64,000 bases of DNA from Dehalococcoidia bacterium (GTDB taxonomy: Bacteria; Chloroflexota; Dehalococcoidia; SpSt-223), in assembly GCA_026003895.1 (NCBI GenBank), contig BPIC01000003.1:175148-239147 (forward strand), given 5' to 3'. Made by a program: the position numbers and the translations under genes. Shown here piece after piece: positions 35,043-43,802 of this stretch; position 1 is the first letter of the stretch, and each line of letters begins with the position of its first letter. Below the pieces are notes generated by a model. It worked only from the letters and a program-made list of their open reading frames with translations. It was not told the DNA's origin and made no database searches.

Positions 35043-36428
35043 CTAGTTGCATGCCGTCGCCGCCGTACTGCCATTGCTCAGGGCTTGGAGTGAGGCGCCG
35101 AAATTGTGAACGCAGATCAGCCCGCCGGTGCCAGTGTGCTTCTGACCTGGGGAGTACCACACTTCGGAGGTCGCGACGCGGATGTTCTGAAAGAATGGGG
35201 CACTCCCGGACTCGAACGTGAACGCGCCTGCCGACAAGCCACCTTTGATCGACGAGGAGGTGATTTGTGGGTTGCCGGCGATCGACAAGGAGATCGCGCG
35301 AAAGTCGCCACAGATGAAGGAGCCATCGACTTGCGCGACCGAGCGGGAAAGGAACATACCGAAGCCGGTGCCGGTTGCACCGCTGCAGTTGTCGTTGAGA
35401 TCGGCGTTGGCGAGTCCGGCCACCAGCCGGCTGTTCTCGATTCGTGGGTAGTAGGATTGTATGCCATTGACGTTCGCAAACGCCGAGTTGACGACCGTTG
35501 CCCCGTGAGCGCGAAGCACGCTGTTCCTGATCAGCACTTCACCATCGCCGACGTACACCGCGGTATGTCCATTTCCGCCATTGCCACCGGCGGTGGCGTG
35601 GACGTTGTCGATCACGGTATTGCGCGATGTGCCAAAGGCGCCCACGGCAATCGAGCTTGCTGTCGCGCCGCTGTTGAACACGGCGATGTCACTCAGCGCC
35701 GACCAATCGTTCAGCAAGACGAGCGAGGCGGCGCCGCCGACGGTCGTCGCAGAGATCACACCCGTGATGATCGTCGTCGTCGGCCCAGAGCCCTTGACGT
35801 GAACGTATTCAGGAAGTGCAACGGTCTGCGTCTCGGTGTAGGTGCCAGGCGCAACCCAGACAAGGTAGCGGCGGCTCGACGACGCGTTTGTGATGCTCGC
35901 TGTCGCCGAATAGACCGACGTGTAGTCGCCACCGCTCTTGGCGACGGTGACGACGTATTGGTAGCCGCCGATCCCGCTCGGTTTGTCGGTGATGCCTGAC
36001 CACGGAACGCTCTGGGCTTGGAAGGCGTAGGGCACCGACGCAAGGCGTTGACGCGGCAGCGAGGTGAAGCCGCTCCCCGTATCGACGGCGACTCCGAGGT
36101 AGCGCGTGGTATCCGAGAAAAACGCGGCGCTGAGTGGCGAGATGCTTCCCAGCAGAACGCTGAAGAAGCCACTGCTCACTTGGACATTGTTCTGCGTCTC
36201 TTGCCAAAGCGGCGAGCCGCCAGTAGAGGTCTCGTAGAGCCCGAATCGCAGATTGACGGTTCCGCTGATCGGCTGGCCAGCGCTATCGGAGAGATAGCCT
36301 TGGTAGCTCATCAGCCCGGGGGCGCCGCTCTGGGTCACGAAGCCCTGGCCAAACGCAGTGATACCTGCGATAACGCCGACCGTCGTCGCGGCCGCGACGG
36401 CGGCAAGAAGGAGAGCGAGACGTAACAC
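35043..36428 (-). CDS. secreted fiber-like protein with right-handed parallel beta-helix C-terminal domain
   Basis: GTG 36428 follows GAGAGGAG, then signal VLRLALLLAAVAAATTVGVIAGITAFG. The N-terminal module SYQGYLSDSAGQPISGTVNLRFGLYETSTGGSPLW...PRQRLASVPYAFQA is paralogous to the 43803 protein. This is followed by VAKSGGDYTSVYSA...VAPGTYTE and repetitive Gly/Asn/Ser-rich beta-helix turns. Confidence 0.65.
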   Translation of the reverse strand: MLRLALLLAAVAAATTVGVIAGITAFGQGFVTQSGAPGLMSYQGYLSDSAGQPISGTVNLRFGLYETSTGGSPLWQETQNNVQVSSGFFSVLLGSISPLSAAFFSDTTRYLGVAVDTGSGFTSLPRQRLASVPYAFQAQSVPWSGITDKPSGIGGYQYVVTVAKSGGDYTSVYSATASITNASSSRRYLVWVAPGTYTETQTVALPEYVHVKGSGPTTTIITGVISATTVGGAASLVLLNDWSALSDIAVFNSGATASSIAVGAFGTSRNTVIDNVHATAGGNGGNGHTAVYVGDGEVLIRNSVLRAHGATVVNSAFANVNGIQSYYPRIENSRLVAGLANADLNDNCSGATGTGFGMFLSRSVAQVDGSFICGDFRAISLSIAGNPQITSSSIKGGLSAGAFTFESGSAPFFQNIRVATSEVWYSPGQKHTGTGGLICVHNFGASLQALSNGSTAATACN

Positions 36429-36618
36429 GGCGAGACTCCTCTCGTAGCGAGTTTCGCCCCGCGCCGGCCGACTAAGCGGCTCCCGCCCGCTTCTTTTTTG
36501 CAGGACGAATAGTTGGCCATTGTAGAGCCATCGCACGATCTGTCAAGCGCTCGACCGCGGGAGGACGCCCGACGCAACACGAGCGACGATCGCGGCTTCG
36601 CAGCGATGGCGTGCGAGG

Positions 36619-37134
36619 TTAGCGGCGGATGTTTTGGAGATCCCAGTCCGGGCGGATCTTCCGGCTGATTTCGCGGAAGTCTTGGCGCAACTCTTCGAGC
36701 GTCGGCCGACCCCAGAACCAATAGCCGTTGTAAATCTTGTGGATCGTCAGATCGGGGTAGAGGGTGAAACTATAGGGAATGATCGGGTCGTGACGGGGGT
36801 CGGACGTCTCCTGCAGGTCGAGTTGCCGCTGCACCTTGCGCTCGTAGTCACAGAGGAAAGGGAATTCCGCACCGAGGCCGGCGCGAAAGGCGGCGCTCAC
36901 CTCCGGCGGGTCGACGCTCATCACGAGCAGGTTGGTATACGCGACCTTAATTTCCTTATGGAGCTCGACGAGCCCCCGCAGCTCCTGCTGGCACTTCGGT
37001 CACCACCAGCCTCGATAGATGATCAGCGCGAGCGGGTCCTTGCCGGCGAAGTCGCTCAAGCGGCGAAGTGCGCCCGTGTGGTCGGGTACTTCGAAATCCG
37101 GAAACCTGCAGCCGACCTGAAGTTGCGGGATCAT
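36619..37134 (-). CDS. AhpC/TSA-redoxin (PRX-like) family thiol oxidoreductase with in-frame TGA at the first redox Cys: candidate selenoprotein (or nonsense pseudogene)
   Basis: ATG 37134 lies 4 nt after AGGAGG. Sequence MIPQLQVGCRFPDFEVPDHTGALRRLSDFAGKDPLALIIYRGWW[TGA 37002-37000]PKCQQELRGLVELHKEIKVAYTNLLVMSVDPPEV... is in frame with listed ORF 36619..36924. The family motif is YRG.WCP.C. Confidence 0.6.
36960..36985 (-). promoter_or_regulatory. SECIS-like hairpin downstream of the in-frame UGA
   Basis: The mRNA GGAGCUGCGGGGGCUCGUCGAGCUCC starts 14 nt after the UGA. It has a 6-bp lower stem GGAGCU/AGCUCC, a one-nucleotide bulge, a 3-bp upper stem (CGG/UCG, including one G-U pair) and a G-rich apical loop GGGCUCG. 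This was folded by eye only. Confidence 0.35.
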
Positions 37135-37231
37135 CCATCCTCCTGCGGGTGGCACATCAAGCGGATCCTAGCACGAGCGCACCGGGCCGCCCTCCCGTAT
37201 GATTGGTCGTAGCAGCCACCGAGGAGGGGCC

Positions 37232-37939
37232 GTGCCAAGCTCGCGCGTCCGCCGCGGCGACCACGGGGCGCCGCTCGGCCAGGCCGCCGAAGATTATTTG
37301 AAGGCGGTCTACAACTTGCAGGCAAACGGTCAAGAGGCGACGACCTCGGCCCTAGCCGGCGTGCTCGAAATCAGCGACGCCTCGGTGACGAGCATGAGCA
37401 AGCGGCTCGCTCAGCTAGGCCTCGTCGTCCACACGCGCTATCACGGCGTCGAGCTGACACCCGCCGGCCGCAAGATCGCCCTCGAGATCGTCCGCCACCA
37501 CCGCCTGCTCGAGCTCTACCTCGCCGAAGTGCTCGGCTATCGCTGGGACGAAGTGCATGCCGAGGCCGACCGGCTCGAGCATGTCATCTCGGAGGAGTTT
37601 GAAGAGCGGATCGACATTCTCCTTGGCCGGCCAACCGTCGATCCCCACGGCGATCCGATCCCGACGAAAGACCTTGAGCTCGTCGAGCCAAGCTTGATTC
37701 CCCTCTCCCGGCTCGATCCCGGGCGGCCGGCGGTGATCCAGCGTGTCAGCGACCGTGACCCGGCGTTGCTGCGTTACCTCGCCACGCTCGGCATGTTTCC
37801 CAGCGTCTCGGTCGTCGTCCGCGAACGCGCCCCTTTCGGCGGCCCGATTCACCTCCGCCTTGGCGACCGCGAGCATGCCGTCGGGCCTGAGCTCGCCGCG
37901 CAGGTCTTTGTCCGCCTCGTCGACGATGAGGAACCGTAG
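37232..37939 (+). CDS. DtxR/IdeR/MntR-family metal-dependent transcriptional regulator with C-terminal FeoA/SH3-like domain
   Basis: GTG follows GAGGAGG. AEDYLKAVYNLQ...TTSALAGVLEISDASVTSMSKRLAQLGLV (wHTH), HRLLELYL...W..VH.EADRLEH (metal sites), and a C-terminal RPAVIQRVSDRDPALLRYLATLGMFP. The gene is divergent from the redoxin gene. Confidence 0.85.
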   Translation: MPSSRVRRGDHGAPLGQAAEDYLKAVYNLQANGQEATTSALAGVLEISDASVTSMSKRLAQLGLVVHTRYHGVELTPAGRKIALEIVRHHRLLELYLAEVLGYRWDEVHAEADRLEHVISEEFEERIDILLGRPTVDPHGDPIPTKDLELVEPSLIPLSRLDPGRPAVIQRVSDRDPALLRYLATLGMFPSVSVVVRERAPFGGPIHLRLGDREHAVGPELAAQVFVRLVDDEEP

Positions 37940-38189
37940 GGCACTCAAGTGCACGTGCGCGACGCCGGCGCTCTCGCATCGCTGCGAAGCACCGCGAAAC
38001 GCGCGAGCCGCAGCACCGCCGCGCTGATCTCTGCCGTGCGCCGTCGCCGAGCGGCCTTCGTGCGCACCTCCGCTTCGCCGGCGAGGACCACGGAGCAAGG
38101 AAGGATGCCGGGAAGGCGCCCGCCCGGACGGCACGCCCGACCAGCAGCAGGTCCGCCCCCGGTTCCGGATGTGGAGGGGCGTGCCGCTG

Positions 38190-39215
38190 CTACTTGGTCG
38201 CGACGCGCATCGGCAGGAAGCTCTTCGGCGTGTAGCTCTCGATCACGTTGCCAAAGACGCGGCGGATCAGGCCGTGGAAGTCTGAATGGACGTAGTCGTC
38301 GGCATAGGGCTCGCCGCCGTCATCGCGGCGGGGTGACGTGTTCGGTCGGCGGGGGATATTGGTCGGGAAGTCCTCGACGATGAAGAGTCCACCGGGGCGG
38401 AGCAGCCGGTGGGCTTCGCGCACGATGCGCTCGCCGATCGCGAGCGGAACCTCATGAAACAGGATAAAGGCGTGGACGATGTCGAAGGACGCATCGGGGA
38501 AGCCGGTCGCCTCGGCGAGCGCCTGCTTGAAGTGCACCTCGAGCCCGATGTCGACGGCGCGTTTGTGGGCGTAGCGCACCATCGGTGCGCCCACATCGAT
38601 CCCCCACACCTCGGCCTCGGGGTAGCGCTCCTTGAATGCCGTCGCGGCCTGGCCGACCGAACAGCCGAGGTCAAGGATACGCCGGACGAGGCCATCTGCC
38701 GGCGCGGGCGACAAGCGCACGAGGGTGCGCTGCACCTGATCGTCGTCATTGCGGCTGAGAAAGAAGATCTTCGTTCCGTAGTGATAGATGTAGCCAGCCA
38801 AGGGATCGGCATGATAGTTGCCCGGCTGGATGTGAAACTCCACCGACGCGAAATAGTCGGGATAGACGAACGCGGGATCCCATTGGACGGAGCCCGGGCC
38901 GAGGCGATCGTAACGATCGAGCTCGGCAAGCAGCTCGTCTTTGCGCTTGCCGTAGGTCTCGATGACGCCCTGCCACATCATCTCCTGACTGGTGCGATAG
39001 AGGCGGCGGTTAACTGGACGAGGTGGCCCCCCGCTCAACATCGTGCGGAGGTCTTCGGCGCTGCCGGGCTGGTGGGTAGTGTCCCACTCGCGCGCCGCGG
39101 CCGGGCTCGTGCCCGAAAGAGCATTGAAAATGCGGATGCCCTCGACGAATTCGAGATAGGCTTCATCCTCGCGATCGGTAGCAGCGGGCATCGTGCCCAC
39201 GAAGCCGCGGTCCAT
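38190..39215 (-). CDS. class I SAM-dependent methyltransferase
   Basis: Motif I RILDLGCSVGQAA, post-I EVWGIDV, and motif II/III FDIVHAFILFHEV...LLRPGGLFIV. The likely start is ATG 39215, just after GGGAGGA. The listed ORF extends to TTG 39314. Confidence 0.75.
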   Translation of the reverse strand: MDRGFVGTMPAATDREDEAYLEFVEGIRIFNALSGTSPAAAREWDTTHQPGSAEDLRTMLSGGPPRPVNRRLYRTSQEMMWQGVIETYGKRKDELLAELDRYDRLGPGSVQWDPAFVYPDYFASVEFHIQPGNYHADPLAGYIYHYGTKIFFLSRNDDDQVQRTLVRLSPAPADGLVRRILDLGCSVGQAATAFKERYPEAEVWGIDVGAPMVRYAHKRAVDIGLEVHFKQALAEATGFPDASFDIVHAFILFHEVPLAIGERIVREAHRLLRPGGLFIVEDFPTNIPRRPNTSPRRDDGGEPYADDYVHSDFHGLIRRVFGNVIESYTPKSFLPMRVATK

Positions 39216-39346
39216 CCATCCTCCCGGCGGTCGTGCTGGCGCCATTGTACTCGCCAGTCGGCCCGTCGTTGGACGGTCATCTGGACATCGACGAGAAGTA
39301 CGGCGAGCGTACAATGAGAGCAGTTTGAGCGCGCCGGGAGGGTTCC

Positions 39347-40378
39347 GTGCATTTCAGCCTGTACATCAACCCGCAAACGAGCGGTCCCGACGACGACCTG
39401 AAGGTGATTCGCGCCGTCACGCAGCACATCGAGTATGCCGACCAGAATGGCTTTGACGCGGTCTATCTCACCGAGCACCATACGACCGGCTACAACGCCT
39501 TCGCCGATCCATTTGTGTTTGGCGCGTATCTGGCGAACCGAATCCGGCGGATGACGCTGGGCTTTTCGGTGGCGGTGCTGCCGTTCCATCACCCGCTGCG
39601 TTTCGCCACCCACTGCAATTTGCTCGACAACTTCTACGAGGGGCGATTCATCGCTGGCTTCGGCACCGGGAACAGCCCGCTCGAATATGAGGCGTTCGGC
39701 ATCCCGCTGGACGAAAAACGCGAGATCGTCAACGAGGCGATCGAGGTCGTGCTCGGCTGCTGGCGGGGCAACTATGAGCATCACGGCAAGTACTTCAATG
39801 TCAAAGTGGAGCGGATTATCCCCGCGCCCTACACCAAACCGCACCCGAAAGTGACCCGCGCTGTCACCAGCGACGAGTCGCTCGTCGACACGGCCCGCCG
39901 GGGCTGGCCGGTGCTGCTTGGCCGCTTTCCGGAGCAGCGCATCAAACAGTATGTCGACCGCTACCGCGAGGTGTTGGAAGCGAGCAATCATCCGGACGAC
40001 GTGATTCGCTCCTGCCTCGATTGGGTCACGGTGCTAAAACTGGTCTACCTCGCGGAGAGCGAAGAGCAGGCCTACGAGGAGCTGCGGCCGTCGCTCGTGC
40101 GCTATTTGATCCAAGCAGCGAAGGCGAACTCGTCCGACTACATCCTCGAGGAGCAGGCGAACGAGCAGGCTGACGAGTTCATCGCTCGCGCGATGCTCGT
40201 CGGGACGCCCAAGCAGGTGGCTGAGCGGATCGAGTCGTACGCGGCCGTCGGCGTCAGCAACATGATGATCTGGACCGCATTCGGGTCGATGCCCCACGAG
40301 CAGACGGTGCGGACGTTGCGGCTATTCGCCGAAGAGGTGATGCCGCACTTCCAGCGCGTCCCAGCCGGCGTGCGCTAA
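39347..40378 (+). CDS. LLM-class flavin/F420-dependent oxidoreductase
   Basis: GFDAVYLTEHH, MTLGFSVAVLPFHHPLRFA, GRFIAGFGTG, YFNV and KPHPKV blocks of luciferase-like monooxygenases. Confidence 0.8.
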   Translation: MHFSLYINPQTSGPDDDLKVIRAVTQHIEYADQNGFDAVYLTEHHTTGYNAFADPFVFGAYLANRIRRMTLGFSVAVLPFHHPLRFATHCNLLDNFYEGRFIAGFGTGNSPLEYEAFGIPLDEKREIVNEAIEVVLGCWRGNYEHHGKYFNVKVERIIPAPYTKPHPKVTRAVTSDESLVDTARRGWPVLLGRFPEQRIKQYVDRYREVLEASNHPDDVIRSCLDWVTVLKLVYLAESEEQAYEELRPSLVRYLIQAAKANSSDYILEEQANEQADEFIARAMLVGTPKQVAERIESYAAVGVSNMMIWTAFGSMPHEQTVRTLRLFAEEVMPHFQRVPAGVR

Positions 40379-40407
40379 TCCATCCCCACACGAAGAAAGG
40401 GACACCG

Positions 40408-41538
40408 ATGGACAAACGATTTGCCTCGCTGGCAGCCGTCTGGGTCGCCCTCGGCGTGCTGACGGTGCTTCTTCCTGTCGCGCCCACCGGTGCGCAACAA
40501 GGCGGCCAGTGGTTTGTTCCGCTGGCCCAGGTAAGCGGCGGAGCGGCGCCATCTCCGACGCCGACGACCGTCGCGCCGACTCCGACCGTGCCGCCGGCCA
40601 GCGGCGCTTGGGCGCCCGTCCCGAACACGCCGGCCGGGGTCGCGCTCTTCGCCGTCTCAAGCGCCGGCGGGCGCGCCTTTTGGGCGGTGGGCTCAGGCGG
40701 AACCGTGCTCCGTTCGACTGATCTCGGGGCAACGTGGACCTCGGTCAATGCCGGGACAAGCGCCGATCTCTACGGTGTCCGCTTTATCGATGAGCGGACG
40801 GGGGTGATCGCCGGCGTCGGCGGCACCATCCGGCGGACGACGGACGGCGGCGCGAGCTGGTCGACTCCGACCGGCGGCGGGGGCAACCTCGGCTTCATCT
40901 GGTTCGCGACGAACCAAGTGGGTTACATCGGCGGCGATGGCGGCACCATCCTGAAGACGACGGACGGCGGCGCAAGCTGGACGCGTCAGAACAGCGGGTT
41001 CGATCGCGACATCACCGGTATCCATTGCATCAGCGCAACGAACTGCTGGGCATCGGGCAGCAGCGATGGCGGCGGCGTGGTCTTGCAGACAACCGACGGC
41101 GGCGCAAGCTGGCAGCGCGTCGGCGACAACACCGGCTTCACACCGCTCGGGGCGGTCTGGTTCCTCAACGGGCGAACCGGGGTGGTGGGCGGTGATCCGA
41201 ACTTTGCCACCGGCCAGAGCAATATCTGGCGGACAACCGGCGGCGGCTCAAGCTGGACGCGCACGCCGACCGACATCTTCGGTCCTGCTGTCACCGGGTT
41301 CGCCTTCATCACCGAGACGGTCGGCTGGGCGTCAGCCGAGGAGCGAATCGTCCTTCAGACGACGGACGGCGGCGCAAGCTGGTCGACGGTTCTGCAGCAG
41401 CTCAAGACACCCGGCCAGAATCGCTGGCTCCACGCCATCGCCGCCGCGCCGAACGGCAGTGCCGTTGCGGTGGGGGCGGTCTATCCGGCGGATGGCAGCT
41501 TCACCCCGCTCGAATCGATCATCGTCCGCCGGCAGTAA
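40408..41538 (+). CDS. secreted BNR/Asp-box beta-propeller protein (Ycf48/Hcf136-like)
   Basis: Signal peptide and a Pro/Thr linker. Repeated (T/S)TDGGASW(S/T/Q) Asp-box motifs occur six or more times, spaced ~40-45 aa apart. Confidence 0.75.
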   Translation: MDKRFASLAAVWVALGVLTVLLPVAPTGAQQGGQWFVPLAQVSGGAAPSPTPTTVAPTPTVPPASGAWAPVPNTPAGVALFAVSSAGGRAFWAVGSGGTVLRSTDLGATWTSVNAGTSADLYGVRFIDERTGVIAGVGGTIRRTTDGGASWSTPTGGGGNLGFIWFATNQVGYIGGDGGTILKTTDGGASWTRQNSGFDRDITGIHCISATNCWASGSSDGGGVVLQTTDGGASWQRVGDNTGFTPLGAVWFLNGRTGVVGGDPNFATGQSNIWRTTGGGSSWTRTPTDIFGPAVTGFAFITETVGWASAEERIVLQTTDGGASWSTVLQQLKTPGQNRWLHAIAAAPNGSAVAVGAVYPADGSFTPLESIIVRRQ

Positions 41539-41711
41539 GCGGAGGCGCCCCTGCTCGGGGCTCCTCAGTCACCCCGCGCCAGAGACCCGCAGGAGCCAGT
41601 CACGGGGGGTCCTGCCTCCCAGTTGGGCAAGTTTCCCCTGCCCTCCATCGCGCGTGCGCCGTTGAGCAGGTGCGCGCGCCGCGCCGAAGCGAGCATCGGG
41701 AAGGAGAGCAG

Positions 41712-41867
41712 TTAGGCGGCCGGCCGCAAGTCGCGTGACACGAGGCGGACCCGGCGCTGCCCGGCGTCGCTGCGCTTCTCGCGCCAGCGTCCGTTCTTGC
41801 GACGCGAACGCGGTCGCCACCCACCACCGGGAGCGCGGACGAGCGGCCCGGTCGGTCCATTCGGCAT
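41712..41867 (-). CDS. possible small basic protein (51 aa, Arg-rich)
   Basis: ATG 41867 lies 7 nt after AAGGAG. Sequence MPNGPTGPLVRAPGGGWRPRSRRKNGRWREKRSDAGQRRVRLVSRDLRPAA. Its low complexity means it may be non-coding. Confidence 0.3.
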   Translation of the reverse strand: MPNGPTGPLVRAPGGGWRPRSRRKNGRWREKRSDAGQRRVRLVSRDLRPAA

Positions 41868-41882
41868 AGTCGTGCTCCTTAA

Positions 41883-41900
41883 CTCTACATAATTGTAGAG
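41883..41900. repeat. AT-rich 18-bp palindrome CTCTACA-TAAT-TGTAGAG
   Basis: The lowest-GC spot in its neighbourhood. It lies between the ABM gene stop (41969) and the SD sequence of the small ORF. The minus strand contains TACAAT. Confidence 0.4.
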
Positions 41901-41968
41901 CCAAGAGGAAGCGGCCCGCCACAAGACCGTGGGGCGACGCGGCGCTCACGAGCACGATCGGAGGAGGC

Positions 41969-42283
41969 TTAGGCCGGCTCCGCCACCTCGTCGAAAATCA
42001 GCTCGCACTCGTCGCGCTCCATCGCCACCTCGAAGACATCGGCCGGGCGATGCTGGGCGATAAGTGCTTTGAACTCTTCGCTCTCCATGAAGGCGTGCGC
42101 CTGCTCGTAGCTCTCCCAAGCGCTTTGGTAGAAGTAGAAGCGCGGATCGGTCCGGCTGTGGACCAGCGAGCGCTTGATGAAGCCCGGCGCTTTGCGCTGG
42201 AGCTGGCCTTCGGCGATCTTCCAAGCTTCGTACTGGGCATTGCCGCCCGGCTGTACCGTCGCTTTGACATGCAAGATCCACAT
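41969..42283 (-). CDS. antibiotic-biosynthesis-monooxygenase (ABM) domain protein
   Basis: ATG 42283 follows GGAGGA. Sequence MWILHVKATVQPGGNAQYEAWKIAEG...PGFIKRSLVHSRTDPRFYFYQSAWESYEQAHAFMESEEFKAL is the ferredoxin-like ABM pattern, at 104 aa. Confidence 0.7.
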   Translation of the reverse strand: MWILHVKATVQPGGNAQYEAWKIAEGQLQRKAPGFIKRSLVHSRTDPRFYFYQSAWESYEQAHAFMESEEFKALIAQHRPADVFEVAMERDECELIFDEVAEPA

Positions 42284-42600
42284 CTGCGTGCGTCCTCCGC
42301 GGTGGGGTAGCGAGATTGTCGCACGGGGTGGCCCGGCACGCTCGGCTGGCGCACGCGTTCGTGCCAACCGCCGTGTGCTCGGGATGACAAGCGACGTCTG
42401 CCGCGGCCTTCACGGCTTGTGAGATCGGCTAATGCGCCAACGCGGCGGGCGCGAGGTCCGTGCGCTCGAGCTCCAAGGCCCGGCGAGGGGGCATCCGCTC
42501 TTCATGGGTCTGCGCCCCCACCGCCATGGACAGGACGACAGGGCCTGCTTCCGGCCCGGCCGGTTGCAGCAGGCGGGCGATCCGACCGTATGCTTGCGGC

Positions 42601-43308
42601 ATGGATTTACAGCGCGTCTACTGGAGTTGGGAACAAACCCCGGACCTGCTGCGGCCGTCTGCGCCGGCGGCCGCCGCCATTCTCGGCATGGCGTGCCGGC
42701 CGATCGCGACCGACCGCCGGCAGGACGGCCAATTGATTGTTGTCATCGGCTGCTGGCTGCCGGGCTACGAGCAGTCCTTTCGTGACGAGGCGGTGCAGGC
42801 GTACCTGACGAATGCGCTTGAGACGGCGGTGGGCGAGCCGCTCGTCGTCGAGCTCGTGGACTGGCCAGTGGGCATGATCGCCGACGACTCGCCCGAGGTG
42901 GCTCGGGCGCACGAACTCATCGCTCGGGGTGGTGACCGCCTGTTCACCATCCCCCCGCCCAGTCCACTCGACAGCGAGGCGCTCGACGATGAGCTTCGCG
43001 CCGAGCTGGCGAAGTGCGAATCGGTGCTCGACCGGCTGCTGTTCGCCCGGCTGCTCGACGCCGGGCTCCGGCCGGTTTGTCAGTACCGCATCGGTGCGGT
43101 GCGGGTGGATTTCGCCTTTCCGTCGGCGCGGCTCGGCGTCGACGTTGAAGGGTGGACACCGCGTCCGGGCGCAGCCCAAGAGCGCGAAGCCGAGATGCTC
43201 GGGCATGGCTGGCGCTTCCTCGCGTTCTATGGCCGCGAGATCTACGAGGACGCCGCTGCTGCCGCCCACCAGATCGAGCGCATCGCCGGCAGGCGCGCCC
43301 GCCGCTAA
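42601..43308 (+). CDS. DUF559 / Vsr-like endonuclease-domain protein with unknown N-terminal domain
   Basis: C-terminal YRIGAVRVDFAFPSARLGVDVEGW...RE.EMLGHGWRFLAF matches the DUF559 core (yrvDFa.p..rlaiEvDG...R...L...GW.vlrf). Start chosen at ATG 42601, with a weak SD sequence. Confidence 0.55.
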   Translation: MDLQRVYWSWEQTPDLLRPSAPAAAAILGMACRPIATDRRQDGQLIVVIGCWLPGYEQSFRDEAVQAYLTNALETAVGEPLVVELVDWPVGMIADDSPEVARAHELIARGGDRLFTIPPPSPLDSEALDDELRAELAKCESVLDRLLFARLLDAGLRPVCQYRIGAVRVDFAFPSARLGVDVEGWTPRPGAAQEREAEMLGHGWRFLAFYGREIYEDAAAAAHQIERIAGRRARR

Positions 43309-43802
43309 GGCTCAGCCGCGAGGCGAGCGGACGCCGCCCACCGGCAGGGAGACCACCCGTCCGCCGACGATCATCACCTGAGCCTCACTCGCCTGCCGGC
43401 TGCCGTCGGTCGCGCCGAGGGTGATGGTGTGGGCGCCGGCTGAGGGCGACGACCACGAGGGCCGCCGTGAGCGACACGATGGTGGCGGGCGGCCCTGCCG
43501 AGCAGGCTGAGCGCCGCTCCCGCTGCGGCTGACCACCATCCGGCACGAAGAGACAGAGCGGCCATCGTACCTCCACGAGGCTTCCCTCTGAGGAGCGTGA
43601 GACCTGACGAGTCCGACGGCCCGCCTGCCGGGAACGGGCAAAGGGCAACCCAAACATCATTCCCCATTCGTCGCATGGTGGGTGTGTGTTGGATCACTCG
43701 CGGAGGGTGCTATTCGGTGTACTGTAGGCGTCACGGTCGCCGGCCACAGTCGCGGGGCGCACACGGGCTGCCCCGATCCACGCCGGCCACAGGAGGAGAC
43801 CC

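Noticed and set aside
36956-37138. 60-aa ORF starting at ATG 37138
   Set aside because: It is the +1 shadow of the N-terminal part of the redoxin gene. The in-frame reading from ATG 37134 gives a recognisable redoxin N-terminus (FPDFEVPDHTG...LIIYRGWW), whereas this frame gives Arg/Pro-rich sequence.
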